From: an uncultured Gemmatimonadales bacterium
GTDB lineage: Bacteria; Gemmatimonadota; Gemmatimonadetes; Gemmatimonadales; GWC2-71-9
Assembly (NCBI GenBank): GCA_963795085.1
Contig: CAWCFX010000006.1
Span: 64,001-128,000, forward strand
Reading direction: 5' to 3'
DNA length: 64,000 nucleotides
The position numbers and the translations under genes are program-made. Of the stretch, positions 8,878-18,346 are shown piece after piece; positions within the stretch are counted from its first letter, which is position 1; every line of letters starts with the position of its first letter. The notes below the pieces were generated by a model. That model did not search any database, had not been told where the DNA came from, and saw only the letters and a program-made list of their open reading frames with translations.

Positions 8878-10209
8878 TCAGCCGGCGAGGTGAGTCTCCA
8901 GCCAGGCGGCGAGGTTCCCCTCCTGAACCCGTTCCTGCTGCATGGAGTCGCGGTGGCGCACCGTGACCATGCCGCCGGCCAGGGTTTCACCGTCGATGGT
9001 GATGCCAAAGGGGGTGCCGGCTTCGTCCATCCGGCGGTAGCGCCGCCCGATGGCGCCGCCGTCGTCGTAGAACAGGTTGAACCGGCGCTTGAGGTCGTGG
9101 TAGATCTGGTCGGCCCGCTCCGGCATGCCGTCCTTCTTGACCAGGGGGAACACGCCGGCCTTGATGGGCGCGATGGCGGGATGGAACCCCAGCACCACCC
9201 GGGTCTCCCCCTCGACGACTTCCTCGCGATAGGCATCCACCAGGACGGTCAGGGTGACCCGGTCGGCACCCGCGGAGGTCTCCACGATGAGCGGCAGGTA
9301 GCGCTCGTTGGCGGCCTGGTCGAAGTATTCCAGCTTCTTGCCAGAGTACTCCTGGTGGCGACCCAGGTCGAAGTCCCCCCGGTTGTGGATCCCTTCGATT
9401 TCGTTCCAGCCGAAGGGAAACTCGTACTCGATGTCGTAGGCGGCCCGGGCGTAGTGGGCCAGCTCGGTGCCGGCATGCTGGTGCCACCGGAGCCGCTCCG
9501 GCTTGAGACCCAGCGCATGGTGCCAATCCATGCGCCACGCCCGCCACCGCTCGAACCACTCCATGTCGGTACCCGGCTTGACGAAGAATTGCATTTCCAT
9601 CTGCTCGAACTCGCGGGTCCGGAAGATGAAGTTGCCCGGGGTGATCTCATTCCGGAACGCCTTGCCGATCTGGGCGATACCGAAGGGAATTCGCTGCCGG
9701 GATCCCTGCAGCACGTTGAGGTAGTTCACGTAGATGCCCTGCGCCGTTTCCGGGCGCAGGTAGACCACCGCGGCCGACTCCTCGACCGGGCCCATGAAGG
9801 TCTTGAACATCAGGTTGAACATGCGGGGTTCGGTCAACAGGCATGCGGTGTGCTCGCCCGGGTGTTTGCTGGGCTTCTGGGGGCAGGCCGCGTCCGCGAT
9901 CTTGTCGGCCCGGAAACGGGCCTTGCAGGTCTTGCAGTCCACCAGCGGATCGGTGAAGCCGGCCACGTGACCGGAGGCTTCCCAGACCCGGGGATGCATG
10001 AGAATCGCGGCATCGAGCCCCTCGATGTCGTCCCGCGCGTGCACCATGGCCCGCCACCAGCGGTCCTTGACGTTTTTTTTGAGCTCGACGCCCAGAGGTC
10101 CGTAGTCCCAGACCGACCCCAGGCCGCCATAGATCTCGGAAGACTGAAAAACGAACCCCCGCCGTTTGGCCAGGGAGACCAGCTTGTCCATCACGGTTTG
10201 TTCGGCCAT
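8878..10209 (-). CDS. glyQS: Glycine--tRNA ligase, homodimeric type
   Basis: [44 protein letters not shown]. Confidence 0.97.
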   Translation of the reverse strand: MAEQTVMDKLVSLAKRRGFVFQSSEIYGGLGSVWDYGPLGVELKKNVKDRWWRAMVHARDDIEGLDAAILMHPRVWEASGHVAGFTDPLVDCKTCKARFRADKIADAACPQKPSKHPGEHTACLLTEPRMFNLMFKTFMGPVEESAAVVYLRPETAQGIYVNYLNVLQGSRQRIPFGIAQIGKAFRNEITPGNFIFRTREFEQMEMQFFVKPGTDMEWFERWRAWRMDWHHALGLKPERLRWHQHAGTELAHYARAAYDIEYEFPFGWNEIEGIHNRGDFDLGRHQEYSGKKLEYFDQAANERYLPLIVETSAGADRVTLTVLVDAYREEVVEGETRVVLGFHPAIAPIKAGVFPLVKKDGMPERADQIYHDLKRRFNLFYDDGGAIGRRYRRMDEAGTPFGITIDGETLAGGMVTVRHRDSMQQERVQEGNLAAWLETHLAG

Positions 10210-10563
10210 GCCTTTATGTCACTGAGAGTTAGGATGCGGGAACATAGCGGGGAGGCGGGGAGGCATGGTAGCCGGAGCGGCTGGAAAGCCGTCCGCCGAT
10301 GACCGTGCGATTTGCCGCAAACCGGGGCGCTGCAAGGACCTGCCGGGCCGGCGCAAGTCTTGTTGCGGCAAGGCGTTAAATATCGTAGCTTGGGGGGCGT
10401 ACTTCTTGCCTTTGTTCCCTTGCCTGGATTATGGCCATCAGTGTCCCGGGCCCCCGCGGGTCGGTACTCCCGTTGGGTGATCCAGTAAAATGGCAAACCG
10501 CCGGCGACGGCGGGACGCAGAGCAAGGGATCTCAACGAGATTGCCCTGCCGCCTGGAGAGGTC

Positions 10564-11166
10564 ATGAGAGCTCGCACCCCAATTGCCGCACCTGCCTGTC
10601 CCGCCCGTCCGGCGGGACGCCGTGGCTTCACGCTCATCGAACTGCTGGTCGTGGTGGCGGTGATCGCCACCCTCAGCGCGATCGCGATCCCCCGGATCGA
10701 CCTGGACGCCTACAAGGTGAACGCCGCGGTCCGGGCGGTCACCAGCTCGCTGACCTACGCCCAGCGGCTGGCGGTCAGTCTCCAGCACGATGTCCGGGTC
10801 GCGTTCGATTCCGCCAACAGCCGGCTCCGGGTGCACGAGGACCTCGACAACGACAATATCATGGACCCGGCGGAGCGGGTCACGTTTACCCCGCTCGACA
10901 ACGGGGTGATCTTCGGCCTCGGCCCCGCCCCCGCGTTCACGGTGGGCGCCAACACGTTCAATTTCAACGGCCAGCAGGGCGGCCTGCCGATGCTGGTCTT
11001 CCGCCGTGACGGGTCGGTCAGCGAGAACGGGGGCTTTTACCTGAACGCGACCCGGGCCGTCGCCCAGGGCAACCCCAGCAAGACCCGCGCGGCCGAGATC
11101 ATCCGGTCCAGCGGGCGGATCACCTGGTATTCCTATGGCAGTTTCGCGTGGGTGAGAGGAAACTGA
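10564..11166 (+). CDS. FimT/GspH-like minor type IV pilin
   Basis: Prepilin site RRG/FTLIELL plus hydrophobic helix. Confidence 0.88.
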   Translation: MRARTPIAAPACPARPAGRRGFTLIELLVVVAVIATLSAIAIPRIDLDAYKVNAAVRAVTSSLTYAQRLAVSLQHDVRVAFDSANSRLRVHEDLDNDNIMDPAERVTFTPLDNGVIFGLGPAPAFTVGANTFNFNGQQGGLPMLVFRRDGSVSENGGFYLNATRAVAQGNPSKTRAAEIIRSSGRITWYSYGSFAWVRGN

Positions 11167-11167
11167 C

Positions 11168-11551
11168 ATGAGCAACCGCCGCGGCTTCACTCTGATCGAA
11201 ATCATGATCGCCCTGGTAATCCTGACGATCGTCTCCGTCGGGCTGGGCAAGTTCGTCGCGACCTTCCTGCACACCGTCGGCACCTCGACGGCGAAGACGG
11301 TGGCCACCGCCGTGGCGCAGGAACAGCTGGAGTTGATCCGGGCCGATCCCGGCTACGCGACGCTGGTAACCAACTACAACAACCTGACGACCGCCGGGTT
11401 TCCCGGGTACACCAATATGACCCGGACCGTGCGGGTGGTACGCACCACCGGCGCCACTCCCCGGCGCGACTACACCAAGGTGACCGTCCAGGTCACGGAG
11501 CCGACCATGGGAACCCCCGTCAACGTAACGATCGTGGTGGCCGCGCCATGA
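11168..11551 (+). CDS. PilV-like minor type IV pilin
   Basis: MSNRRG/FTLIEIM, QEQLELIR. Confidence 0.88.
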   Translation: MSNRRGFTLIEIMIALVILTIVSVGLGKFVATFLHTVGTSTAKTVATAVAQEQLELIRADPGYATLVTNYNNLTTAGFPGYTNMTRTVRVVRTTGATPRRDYTKVTVQVTEPTMGTPVNVTIVVAAP

Positions 11552-12727
11552 AGACGATCCCGGATCCACCGCGCCGAGGCCGGCTTCTCGCTGGTCGAGT
11601 TGCTGATCGCCATGGTGGTGCTGAGCCTGGTGATGGGATCGGCACTGAGCGTGTTCCGCTCCCAGAGCAAGAACTTCCGGGTGGGCGGCACCAAGATGGA
11701 ACTGACCCAGAACATCCGCTACGCCATCAGCACCGTGGACCGGGTGCTGCGGACCACCGGGGCGGGCACCGGCACCAACCAGCCCATGCTGGTGTACGCG
11801 GCCACCGACGCGGTGGTCTTCAATGCCAACTTCGCGACTAACATCGCCGACGGCATCGCGGTGTACGTGAACCCCGACCTGCCGGCCGGGGCCATCGACG
11901 CCATGACGACCGGCACCCAGATCACCCTGCCGGGGACGGCGATCGTGTACCCCACCGCCAATTACTTCTGGGGAGGGCTCACGCCCAGCCGGGCGGAGAC
12001 GATGTCCTTTTTCTTCCGCCCCGACTCCACCACGACGGCTGACCCGAACGATTTTATCCTGTTCCAGCAGATCAACGCGACGGCCCCGGAGCTGGTCGCC
12101 CGGAACATCCGGGCCTATCCGGGCCGCCCGTTCTTCGAATACTGGTACGACAGCGTGAACGTCTCCGGAGTGACTTTCTCCCGGCAGCTGGCCGCGGCCC
12201 GGATCCCGGTGCGCCATTCGGTCGCGCTGCACGGCGACCCGGCCGACGTCGGGACCTCGGCGCTGGCCGACAGCATCCGGATGGTCCGCATCAACCTGGT
12301 CGTTACCAACGGCATCATGGGGGTCGACTCGCTCAGCCGCCGGCTCTCGACCATGATCCGGCTGCCCAACAACGGGCTGGTCCAGCTGCGCACCTGCGGC
12401 GACCCGCCGATCTTCACCAGCGCGGTGGTGGCCACGCCCAACCTGGTGGGCGATCCCCCGGCGGTCACCCTGACCTGGCTGCCCTCGGTGGACGAGACCT
12501 CGGGCGAGCAGGACGTCTCCCAGTACAATGTCTATTTCCGGCTGGTCGGCGGCCCCCTGACCTGGGATCCTTTCCTGTCGCTGGCCGCGGGCCAGGCCAA
12601 CTACAGCGTCACCAGCGGCGCCGGCCTGGTGGTCGGCAACACCTATGAATACGCCGTCGCGGCCCAGGACTGCTCGCCCGCCGAGTCGCCGCTCAGCGTC
12701 AGCAACCAGGCCATGGTGAACCCATAA
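11548..12727 (+). CDS. PilW-like minor pilin with C-terminal FN3-like domain; the ATG at 11548 is out of frame with the body
   Basis: AG/FSLVELL at 11579-11605 in the frame of ORF 11600..12727; no canonical in-frame start upstream of it. Confidence 0.75.
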
Positions 12728-12756
12728 TGCAGGAACGTCCCCGACCGGAGCCAACT

Positions 12757-14631
12757 ATGCTGACCGCCCGCAAGAGCGACGAGCGCGGTGTCGCGCTCAT
12801 CCTGACCCTGTTCCTGGCCCTGGTCGTGGCGGGGATGGCGATCGGGGTCATTCTCATGGCCAGCAACAGCAACCTGATCGCCAAGTTCCACTCGACCGAG
12901 GCCATGATGGCGGCGGCCGCCGATGCCGGCCTGGAGCAGGGGCGCGACACCCTGAACGGCACGCCGACGCTCATCCCGGTGGGCCAGGGCTTCGACACCC
13001 TGGAACTGAACGCCCCCGTCCGGGATGCCAACAACGTGGTCATCCCCGGCTTTACCCGCTCCCTCTACGCCGGCGAGAACGGCGACACCACCGGGCAGTT
13101 CGGCGTCTTCGCCAGCGTCATCTCGGTGATCAGCAACGTCCGCGGCGCGGTGGTGGTGCGGCGGATGCAGCTCAAGCAGGATTCGTTCTCCCGCTTCGCC
13201 CGGTTCTTCAACACCTGGGCCTGTTGCGCCTGGGGTAATACCGAGGTGGTCTTCGGCCCGGTGCACTCCAACCAGGGCATGGCGGTACAGACCCGGGGCG
13301 GCTTCCCGGGCGCGACCTTCTGGGGGCCGGTCACCACCGTCGGCAATGTCACCAACCAGGCTCACGGCAACTGGAACGGCGGGATCCAGACCGGCGCGCC
13401 GCCGATCGCCTTCCCCACCACCCAGACGCTCAACAACCTGCAGGCGTTTGCGACCACCGGGCAGACCGTGGTGACCGGCTACGGGACGCTCAACGCCGCC
13501 GACCCCGACACCCGCGTCGAGTTTGTCGCGTTGGACATGAACGGCGACGGCGACACCCAGGACCAGAACGAAGGGTTCTACCGGGTCTTCAAGGCCTGGC
13601 CCGGCGGGTCGGCGACGGTGCAGTCCCAGCGGCGCAGTTACGTGAGCGCCCGGCGGTGGCAGTGGGGTGACCTCGGCACCACGACCTATCCCGCGGGAAC
13701 CACGGCTGCCTCCGACCCCAACATCTATTCGCCGAACTGCGGCGGTACCTACGCCGGCGACTGGTGGACCGCGGACTCCGTGTACGTGCGGCGGCTGGGC
13801 ACCGTGGCCCAGAACGTGGCCGCCGTCCGGGCCGCGCTCGCCAGCGGCACCCGGCGCTGCTATCTCGGCGGAGACCGCCGGCTCTACCCCGACTCGCTCA
13901 ACCGGATCGCCGACCTGAACGGATACTGGGTGCCCTGGGCCGGATGGGCCGGGGCACCGCCCGCCGCGCTCATCGCGGCCGTCCAGCCCATGACGGTCGC
14001 GGGCCAGGAAACGGCGGTGGCTTCAACCTTCATACCCATCACCCGGGCGATGAACCCCAACTTCAAGGGGATCATCTTCGTCAACGGCAGCGTCGCGATC
14101 AGCGGCACGATCCGCGGCCGGGTCACCGTGGTGACCACCGGGGACGTCACCCTGGCCGACGACCTGATCTACGTGCAGCCGCCCGGCACCAACTGCGCCG
14201 ACATCCTGGGCGTCCTCACCCAGATGGATGCCCTGATCGAGAACAACAACATCAACACCCCGTTCCGGAACAACAACGTCTGGACGGTGCAGTTCGACGA
14301 TACGCCCGACGAGATCTTCCACGGGTTCTTCCTCACCCTCGGCCTCATGGAAGGGGAAAGCTTCGCCGGCGACCCGGCGGTGACCGCGCCGGAGAACTGC
14401 GGCGGCAAGAGCCGGGGCTGCAAGTCCATCATCGGCGGCACCATCCAGCAGGGCATCGCCGCGACATTTACCGGCAACAGCGGCTGGGCCGAACAGGACA
14501 CCTATGACGGCTGCGGCGTCACCGCCCCGCCGCCTTACTATCCGACCACCGGCCGCTTTACCAAGAACCGGTATTACGAGATCGACCCGGTCGGCTTCGA
14601 CGTGGCGACGTGGTTTGTAAACAACCAGTAG
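12757..14631 (+). CDS. Large PilX-like pilin with extended Cys-containing C-terminal domain
   Basis: DERG/VALILTL (no Glu5), AADAGLEQ, GPVHSN; GGAG before ATG 12757. Confidence 0.82.
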   Translation: MLTARKSDERGVALILTLFLALVVAGMAIGVILMASNSNLIAKFHSTEAMMAAAADAGLEQGRDTLNGTPTLIPVGQGFDTLELNAPVRDANNVVIPGFTRSLYAGENGDTTGQFGVFASVISVISNVRGAVVVRRMQLKQDSFSRFARFFNTWACCAWGNTEVVFGPVHSNQGMAVQTRGGFPGATFWGPVTTVGNVTNQAHGNWNGGIQTGAPPIAFPTTQTLNNLQAFATTGQTVVTGYGTLNAADPDTRVEFVALDMNGDGDTQDQNEGFYRVFKAWPGGSATVQSQRRSYVSARRWQWGDLGTTTYPAGTTAASDPNIYSPNCGGTYAGDWWTADSVYVRRLGTVAQNVAAVRAALASGTRRCYLGGDRRLYPDSLNRIADLNGYWVPWAGWAGAPPAALIAAVQPMTVAGQETAVASTFIPITRAMNPNFKGIIFVNGSVAISGTIRGRVTVVTTGDVTLADDLIYVQPPGTNCADILGVLTQMDALIENNNINTPFRNNNVWTVQFDDTPDEIFHGFFLTLGLMEGESFAGDPAVTAPENCGGKSRGCKSIIGGTIQQGIAATFTGNSGWAEQDTYDGCGVTAPPPYYPTTGRFTKNRYYEIDPVGFDVATWFVNNQ

Positions 14632-14655
14632 TGGCCAGGTGACAGGTGACAAGGA

Positions 14656-14692
14656 GAAAGGGCTGCCCGCGAAAACCGTGGGCAGCCCTTTC
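14656..14692. terminator. Bidirectional intrinsic terminator between pilin cluster and purA
   Basis: GAAAGGGCTGCCCGCG-AAAAC-CGTGGGCAGCCCTTTC hairpin between convergent genes. Confidence 0.8.
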
Positions 14693-14751
14693 AACTGGAC
14701 CTGGGAATCACTCATCACCCGGGACCTGTCACCGGTTACTTCCCCGGTGTC

Positions 14752-16032
14752 TCAGACTTCAATAATCTGGTCCCTCCGGGTTCCCACGCTGACATAGCGG
14801 ATCGGCGCGCCGGCGAGGTCCTGCAGCCGATCCAGGTAGCTTCGCGCTTCGGCGGGCAGGTCGGCGAGCCGGCGGGCGTGCCCGGTGGGTTTCCGCCAGC
14901 CTGGCAGCACCTCGTACTCCGGCTTCACCCGCTCCAGCCGGTCCACGTCCGAGGGCATCTCCTCGCAGAGGTCGTCACCCAGCCGGTAGGCGACCCCGAC
15001 CGGGATCTCGGAGAACCCGTCCAGCACATCCAGCTTGGTGACCGCCAGCCCGGTGAGTCCGTTGACCCGGACGGCGTAGCGCACCACGGTGGCATCGAAC
15101 CAGCCGCAGCGCCGAGGCCGGCCGGTCACGGCCCCGAACTCGGCGCCCACCTTTCGCAGTTCCTCTCCCGCCGCGTCGAGGGATTCGGTGGGCAGCGGGC
15201 CGTTCCCCACCCGGGTGGTGTACGCCTTGACCACACCCAGCACGCCGTCGATCGCCGTCGGCCCGACCCCCGCCCCGACGGCCGCGCCGCCCGACGTGGT
15301 ATTGGAGGAGGTCACGTAGGGATAGGTGCCGTGGTCCACGTCCAGCTGGGCACCCTGGGCTCCCTCGAGCAGCACCCGTTTGCCCTCCCGCAGCGCCCGG
15401 TACACCAGCCAGCCGGTATCGGCCGAGAGTGGCAGCAGCCGGGGCGCCAGCCGCTGGAGCAACTCTTCATGGTGCGGGAACGAAGCCCGTTCGGCGGTCC
15501 CCAGCATTTCCAGAAGCCGGTTGGCCCGGTCCACCCGTTCCCGCACCAGGGGAAGGGCCACGGCCAGGTCGCGGAGGTCCGCCACCCGGACGCCCCGGCG
15601 GCCATACTTGTCCTCGTAGGTAGGGCCGATGCCCCGCCCGGTGGTGCCGATTTTCTGGCTCTTCTCACTCGCCGCATCGAGCAGCTTGTGATAGGGCATC
15701 ACCAGGTGGGCCCGCTCGGAGACCAGGATCCGGCCGGTGGTGTCGATGCCCCGGCGGTTGAGCTCGTCCAACTCGGTGAAGAAAGTTTCCGGGTCCAGCA
15801 CGACGCCGTTGCCCACCAGACAGGTTACCCCGGCATGGAGAATCCCGCTGGGAATCTGCTGCAGGATGAACTGGGTGTCGCCGATGACGACGGTGTGGCC
15901 GGCATTGGCCCCGCCCTGGTAGCGCACCACCATGTTGGCCCGTTCGGCCAGCACGTCCACCAGCTTCCCTTTGCCCTCGTCCCCCCATTGGGCGCCCACG
16001 ACGACCACGCAGTGTGTTTTGGGATCGAACAT
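14752..16032 (-). CDS. purA: Adenylosuccinate synthetase
   Basis: QWGDEGKGK, GGANAGHT, GTTGRGIGP, TTRVGNGP, RPRRCGWFD. Confidence 0.98.
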   Translation of the reverse strand: MFDPKTHCVVVVGAQWGDEGKGKLVDVLAERANMVVRYQGGANAGHTVVIGDTQFILQQIPSGILHAGVTCLVGNGVVLDPETFFTELDELNRRGIDTTGRILVSERAHLVMPYHKLLDAASEKSQKIGTTGRGIGPTYEDKYGRRGVRVADLRDLAVALPLVRERVDRANRLLEMLGTAERASFPHHEELLQRLAPRLLPLSADTGWLVYRALREGKRVLLEGAQGAQLDVDHGTYPYVTSSNTTSGGAAVGAGVGPTAIDGVLGVVKAYTTRVGNGPLPTESLDAAGEELRKVGAEFGAVTGRPRRCGWFDATVVRYAVRVNGLTGLAVTKLDVLDGFSEIPVGVAYRLGDDLCEEMPSDVDRLERVKPEYEVLPGWRKPTGHARRLADLPAEARSYLDRLQDLAGAPIRYVSVGTRRDQIIEV

Positions 16033-16071
16033 TCCTACCTCTGAGATGGCGAAGATCGGGACCCGGAACCC

Positions 16072-16095
16072 AAAAAAAAGGCCCCCGAGGGGGGC
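16072..16095 (-). terminator. Terminator-like hairpin in purA leader
   Basis: Minus strand GCCCCC-CTC-GGGGGC-C-T8. Confidence 0.65.
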
Positions 16096-16110
16096 GGGAA
16101 TCCTCGGGCA

Positions 16111-16139
16111 AGTCTAGTCAACTCACCGGTAATCGTCAA
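16111..16139 (-). promoter_or_regulatory. Sigma70-type promoter of purA
   Basis: TTGACG-N17-TAGACT. Confidence 0.75.
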
Positions 16140-16140
16140 A

Positions 16141-17250
16141 TCATGGGGACCGGCTCGCCAGTCGGCCGACAACCCGTCCCGCCAGCACCGCCGAGTCGAG
16201 CGAGAGACCCGCCAGGGTATCCCGGGCGGTGTGAATGGTTCGAAGGGTTCCCCAGTCGAGCCGGGCCAGGGTCAGGGCTTTCGCACCGCCGCGGGCGAGG
16301 GGCAGGCTGTCCACGAAGATGCCGGCGGGAAGGCGGTGGCGGCGGACCGGAACGGCGGAGTGACTGGCCAGCAGGGATTCCGCCCGCCCCAGCAGCTCGT
16401 CGCCATCGGGCCGGTGCGTCACCAGGCGCCAGGCCCCCCGCTCGTCCACGGTGTCGATATTGATCACCTCGGTACCGGCGAGCCGGCCCCCGTTGTTCTC
16501 GGCGAAGTAGCGGGCTCCGATCAGGCCGAACTCCTCGGCTCCGGTAACCAGGATCCCGACCGAGGGATCACGGATCTCCCGGGCCGCTACCAGCAGGGCG
16601 GCGATCCCGCTGCCGTTGTCCCGGGCCCCCGGGGTGCTCCCGCGAAGCCGCCCCCGTCCCGCGAGGTATGCCCCCACCATCCCCAGGGCCGCCCCCGCCG
16701 CCATCAGCCAGGTGGGCAACGGGCCGGCCAGCCGGGCCACGGCGAGAGTCGAGAGGCCCGCGATCGCGAGGACCAGCATCCATACCGCTACCAGGCGGCC
16801 GGCCATGGAATGCCCCTGGGACTTGGTGTCGTAGTGCGCCACCACCCAGCACCGGATCGCGGCGCCTCGGGTGGCGATGAGGTTGGCGTCTTCGCGCATC
16901 GCACCCGTGGTGGCCCAGCCGAGTGCCAGCCCCGCGGCCAGGAGCAACAACGCGGCCAACCCGGTGGCCCAGACGGCAATGGCGCTCCAGGGGGGCACCG
17001 CGGGCCAGACCAGGAGGGGAATCAGCAGGAGGGTGAGCCATCCGAGGCCGGCGCCCAGGACCGGCAGGCTCGAGAGGGCGGAAGGCGAGAATGCAAACCG
17101 CTGGGTCTCCACCTGGTATCCAAACCCGGCCAATGCGGCCGCGATCCGGTCCCGGGCATCCACCGCGTCCGGCGTGCCCGCCTCCCGGGATCGCTCGAGA
17201 AGTTCGCGGGCCAGCACCAGCGGGTCGGACCGGCCCGGCGCCCCGGCCAC
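16141..17250 (-). CDS. M28-family membrane peptidase
   Basis: NLIA, AHYDT, GARDNGSG, GAEEFGLIGA, INIDT, IHTARDT; TM hairpin inserts; GTG start approximate. Confidence 0.85.
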   Translation of the reverse strand: MAGAPGRSDPLVLARELLERSREAGTPDAVDARDRIAAALAGFGYQVETQRFAFSPSALSSLPVLGAGLGWLTLLLIPLLVWPAVPPWSAIAVWATGLAALLLLAAGLALGWATTGAMREDANLIATRGAAIRCWVVAHYDTKSQGHSMAGRLVAVWMLVLAIAGLSTLAVARLAGPLPTWLMAAGAALGMVGAYLAGRGRLRGSTPGARDNGSGIAALLVAAREIRDPSVGILVTGAEEFGLIGARYFAENNGGRLAGTEVINIDTVDERGAWRLVTHRPDGDELLGRAESLLASHSAVPVRRHRLPAGIFVDSLPLARGGAKALTLARLDWGTLRTIHTARDTLAGLSLDSAVLAGRVVGRLASRSP

Positions 17251-17254
17251 GCGG

Positions 17255-18334
17255 CTACGCCTTTGGCTTCTTCTTGGGCTTGGGCTCCGGCGCCGCCGGC
17301 AGGCCCTCCGGGTCGGCGATGGCGGCCCGGGCGGTTTCCAGCGTGATGCTGCCGTCGTCCACCAGGCGCATGAGGTGCTGCTCCTGCGTCCACATGCCCT
17401 CGTCACTGCCCTGCTCGATGATCTCGGGAAGATCGCCCAGCCCCTGGGAGTCGCGCACCGCGGCCCGGACTTCGGGCGTCGCGATCACCACTTCCATCGC
17501 GGCCACCCGTCCCTTGCCGTCCTTCCTGGCCAGGAGCTGCTGCGAAATGACCGCACGGATGTTATCGGCCAGGCGCATCCGTCCGATCTGCCGCTCCTCC
17601 CGGGAGAACATCGCCAGCAGGCGGGCCAGCGCCGCCGTGGCATCAGGGCTGGGCATCGCCGCGATGACCAGGTGACCCATCTCGGCGCCTTTGAGGGCGG
17701 AATCCAGGGTCTCCGGGTCGCGGATCTCGCCGATCAGTACAACGTCAGGATCCTGCCGCAGCGCCGCCGCCAGGCCCACGCTGAACGACTCGGTATCGAC
17801 GCCCACGTCCCGCTGGGTCACCGAGCAGTTGATGTCCCGGTGCAGGAACTCGATGGGGTTCTCGATGGTGACGATGTGCTTGTGCCGGGACCGGTTGATG
17901 TGGTTGATCATGGCGGCGATGGTGCTGGTCTTGCCCGACCCGCTGACGCCGGTGACCAGCACAAGTCCCTTGTCCGACTCCGCGATCCGGGCCAGCGTAT
18001 CCGGCAACTGGAGGCTCTCCAGGGTGGGCACGTCAAACGGAATGACCCGCATGACCACCATGAACGAGGACCGCTGTTTCAGCACGTTGACCCGGAACCG
18101 GCCCACACCGGGCATCCCCCAGGAGCAGTCGAAATCCTTCAGTCGGTCGATTTTGTCCCGGTCCTCTTCACTGGCGATGAGCTTGAGGGCGATCGCCCGG
18201 GTCTGGTCCGGCGTCAGCCGCTGCTTGGTGAGGGGCACCAGCTTGCCGTTGATCCGGGCGCGGAAGACATCCCCCGCCTTGATCAGCAGGTCGGAGGCTC
18301 CCCGCTCCACTGCCGCCTTGATGATTTTTTCCAT
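17255..18334 (-). CDS. PilT/PilU-family ATPase with atypical Asp and His boxes
   Basis: GASDL, RFRVN, GSGKTST, ALRQDPDV, GEIRD. Confidence 0.9.
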   Translation of the reverse strand: MEKIIKAAVERGASDLLIKAGDVFRARINGKLVPLTKQRLTPDQTRAIALKLIASEEDRDKIDRLKDFDCSWGMPGVGRFRVNVLKQRSSFMVVMRVIPFDVPTLESLQLPDTLARIAESDKGLVLVTGVSGSGKTSTIAAMINHINRSRHKHIVTIENPIEFLHRDINCSVTQRDVGVDTESFSVGLAAALRQDPDVVLIGEIRDPETLDSALKGAEMGHLVIAAMPSPDATAALARLLAMFSREERQIGRMRLADNIRAVISQQLLARKDGKGRVAAMEVVIATPEVRAAVRDSQGLGDLPEIIEQGSDEGMWTQEQHLMRLVDDGSITLETARAAIADPEGLPAAPEPKPKKKPKA

Positions 18335-18346
18335 GGATCTCCGCCC

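Noticed and set aside
10352..10379. CAA-N4-TTA IHF-like cores here and at ~62548-62560
   Set aside because: Only the short core matches; too weak to call.
10484..10499. Third copy of the TGCCATTTT promoter motif on the minus strand
   Set aside because: Partial match with no -10/-35 at the right distance; on the plus strand TAAAAT may simply be the pilin -10.
11549..11551. TGA read-through fusing PilV to PilW
   Set aside because: No SECIS-like hairpin recognised, and the fusion would put the second cleavage site on the wrong side of the membrane.
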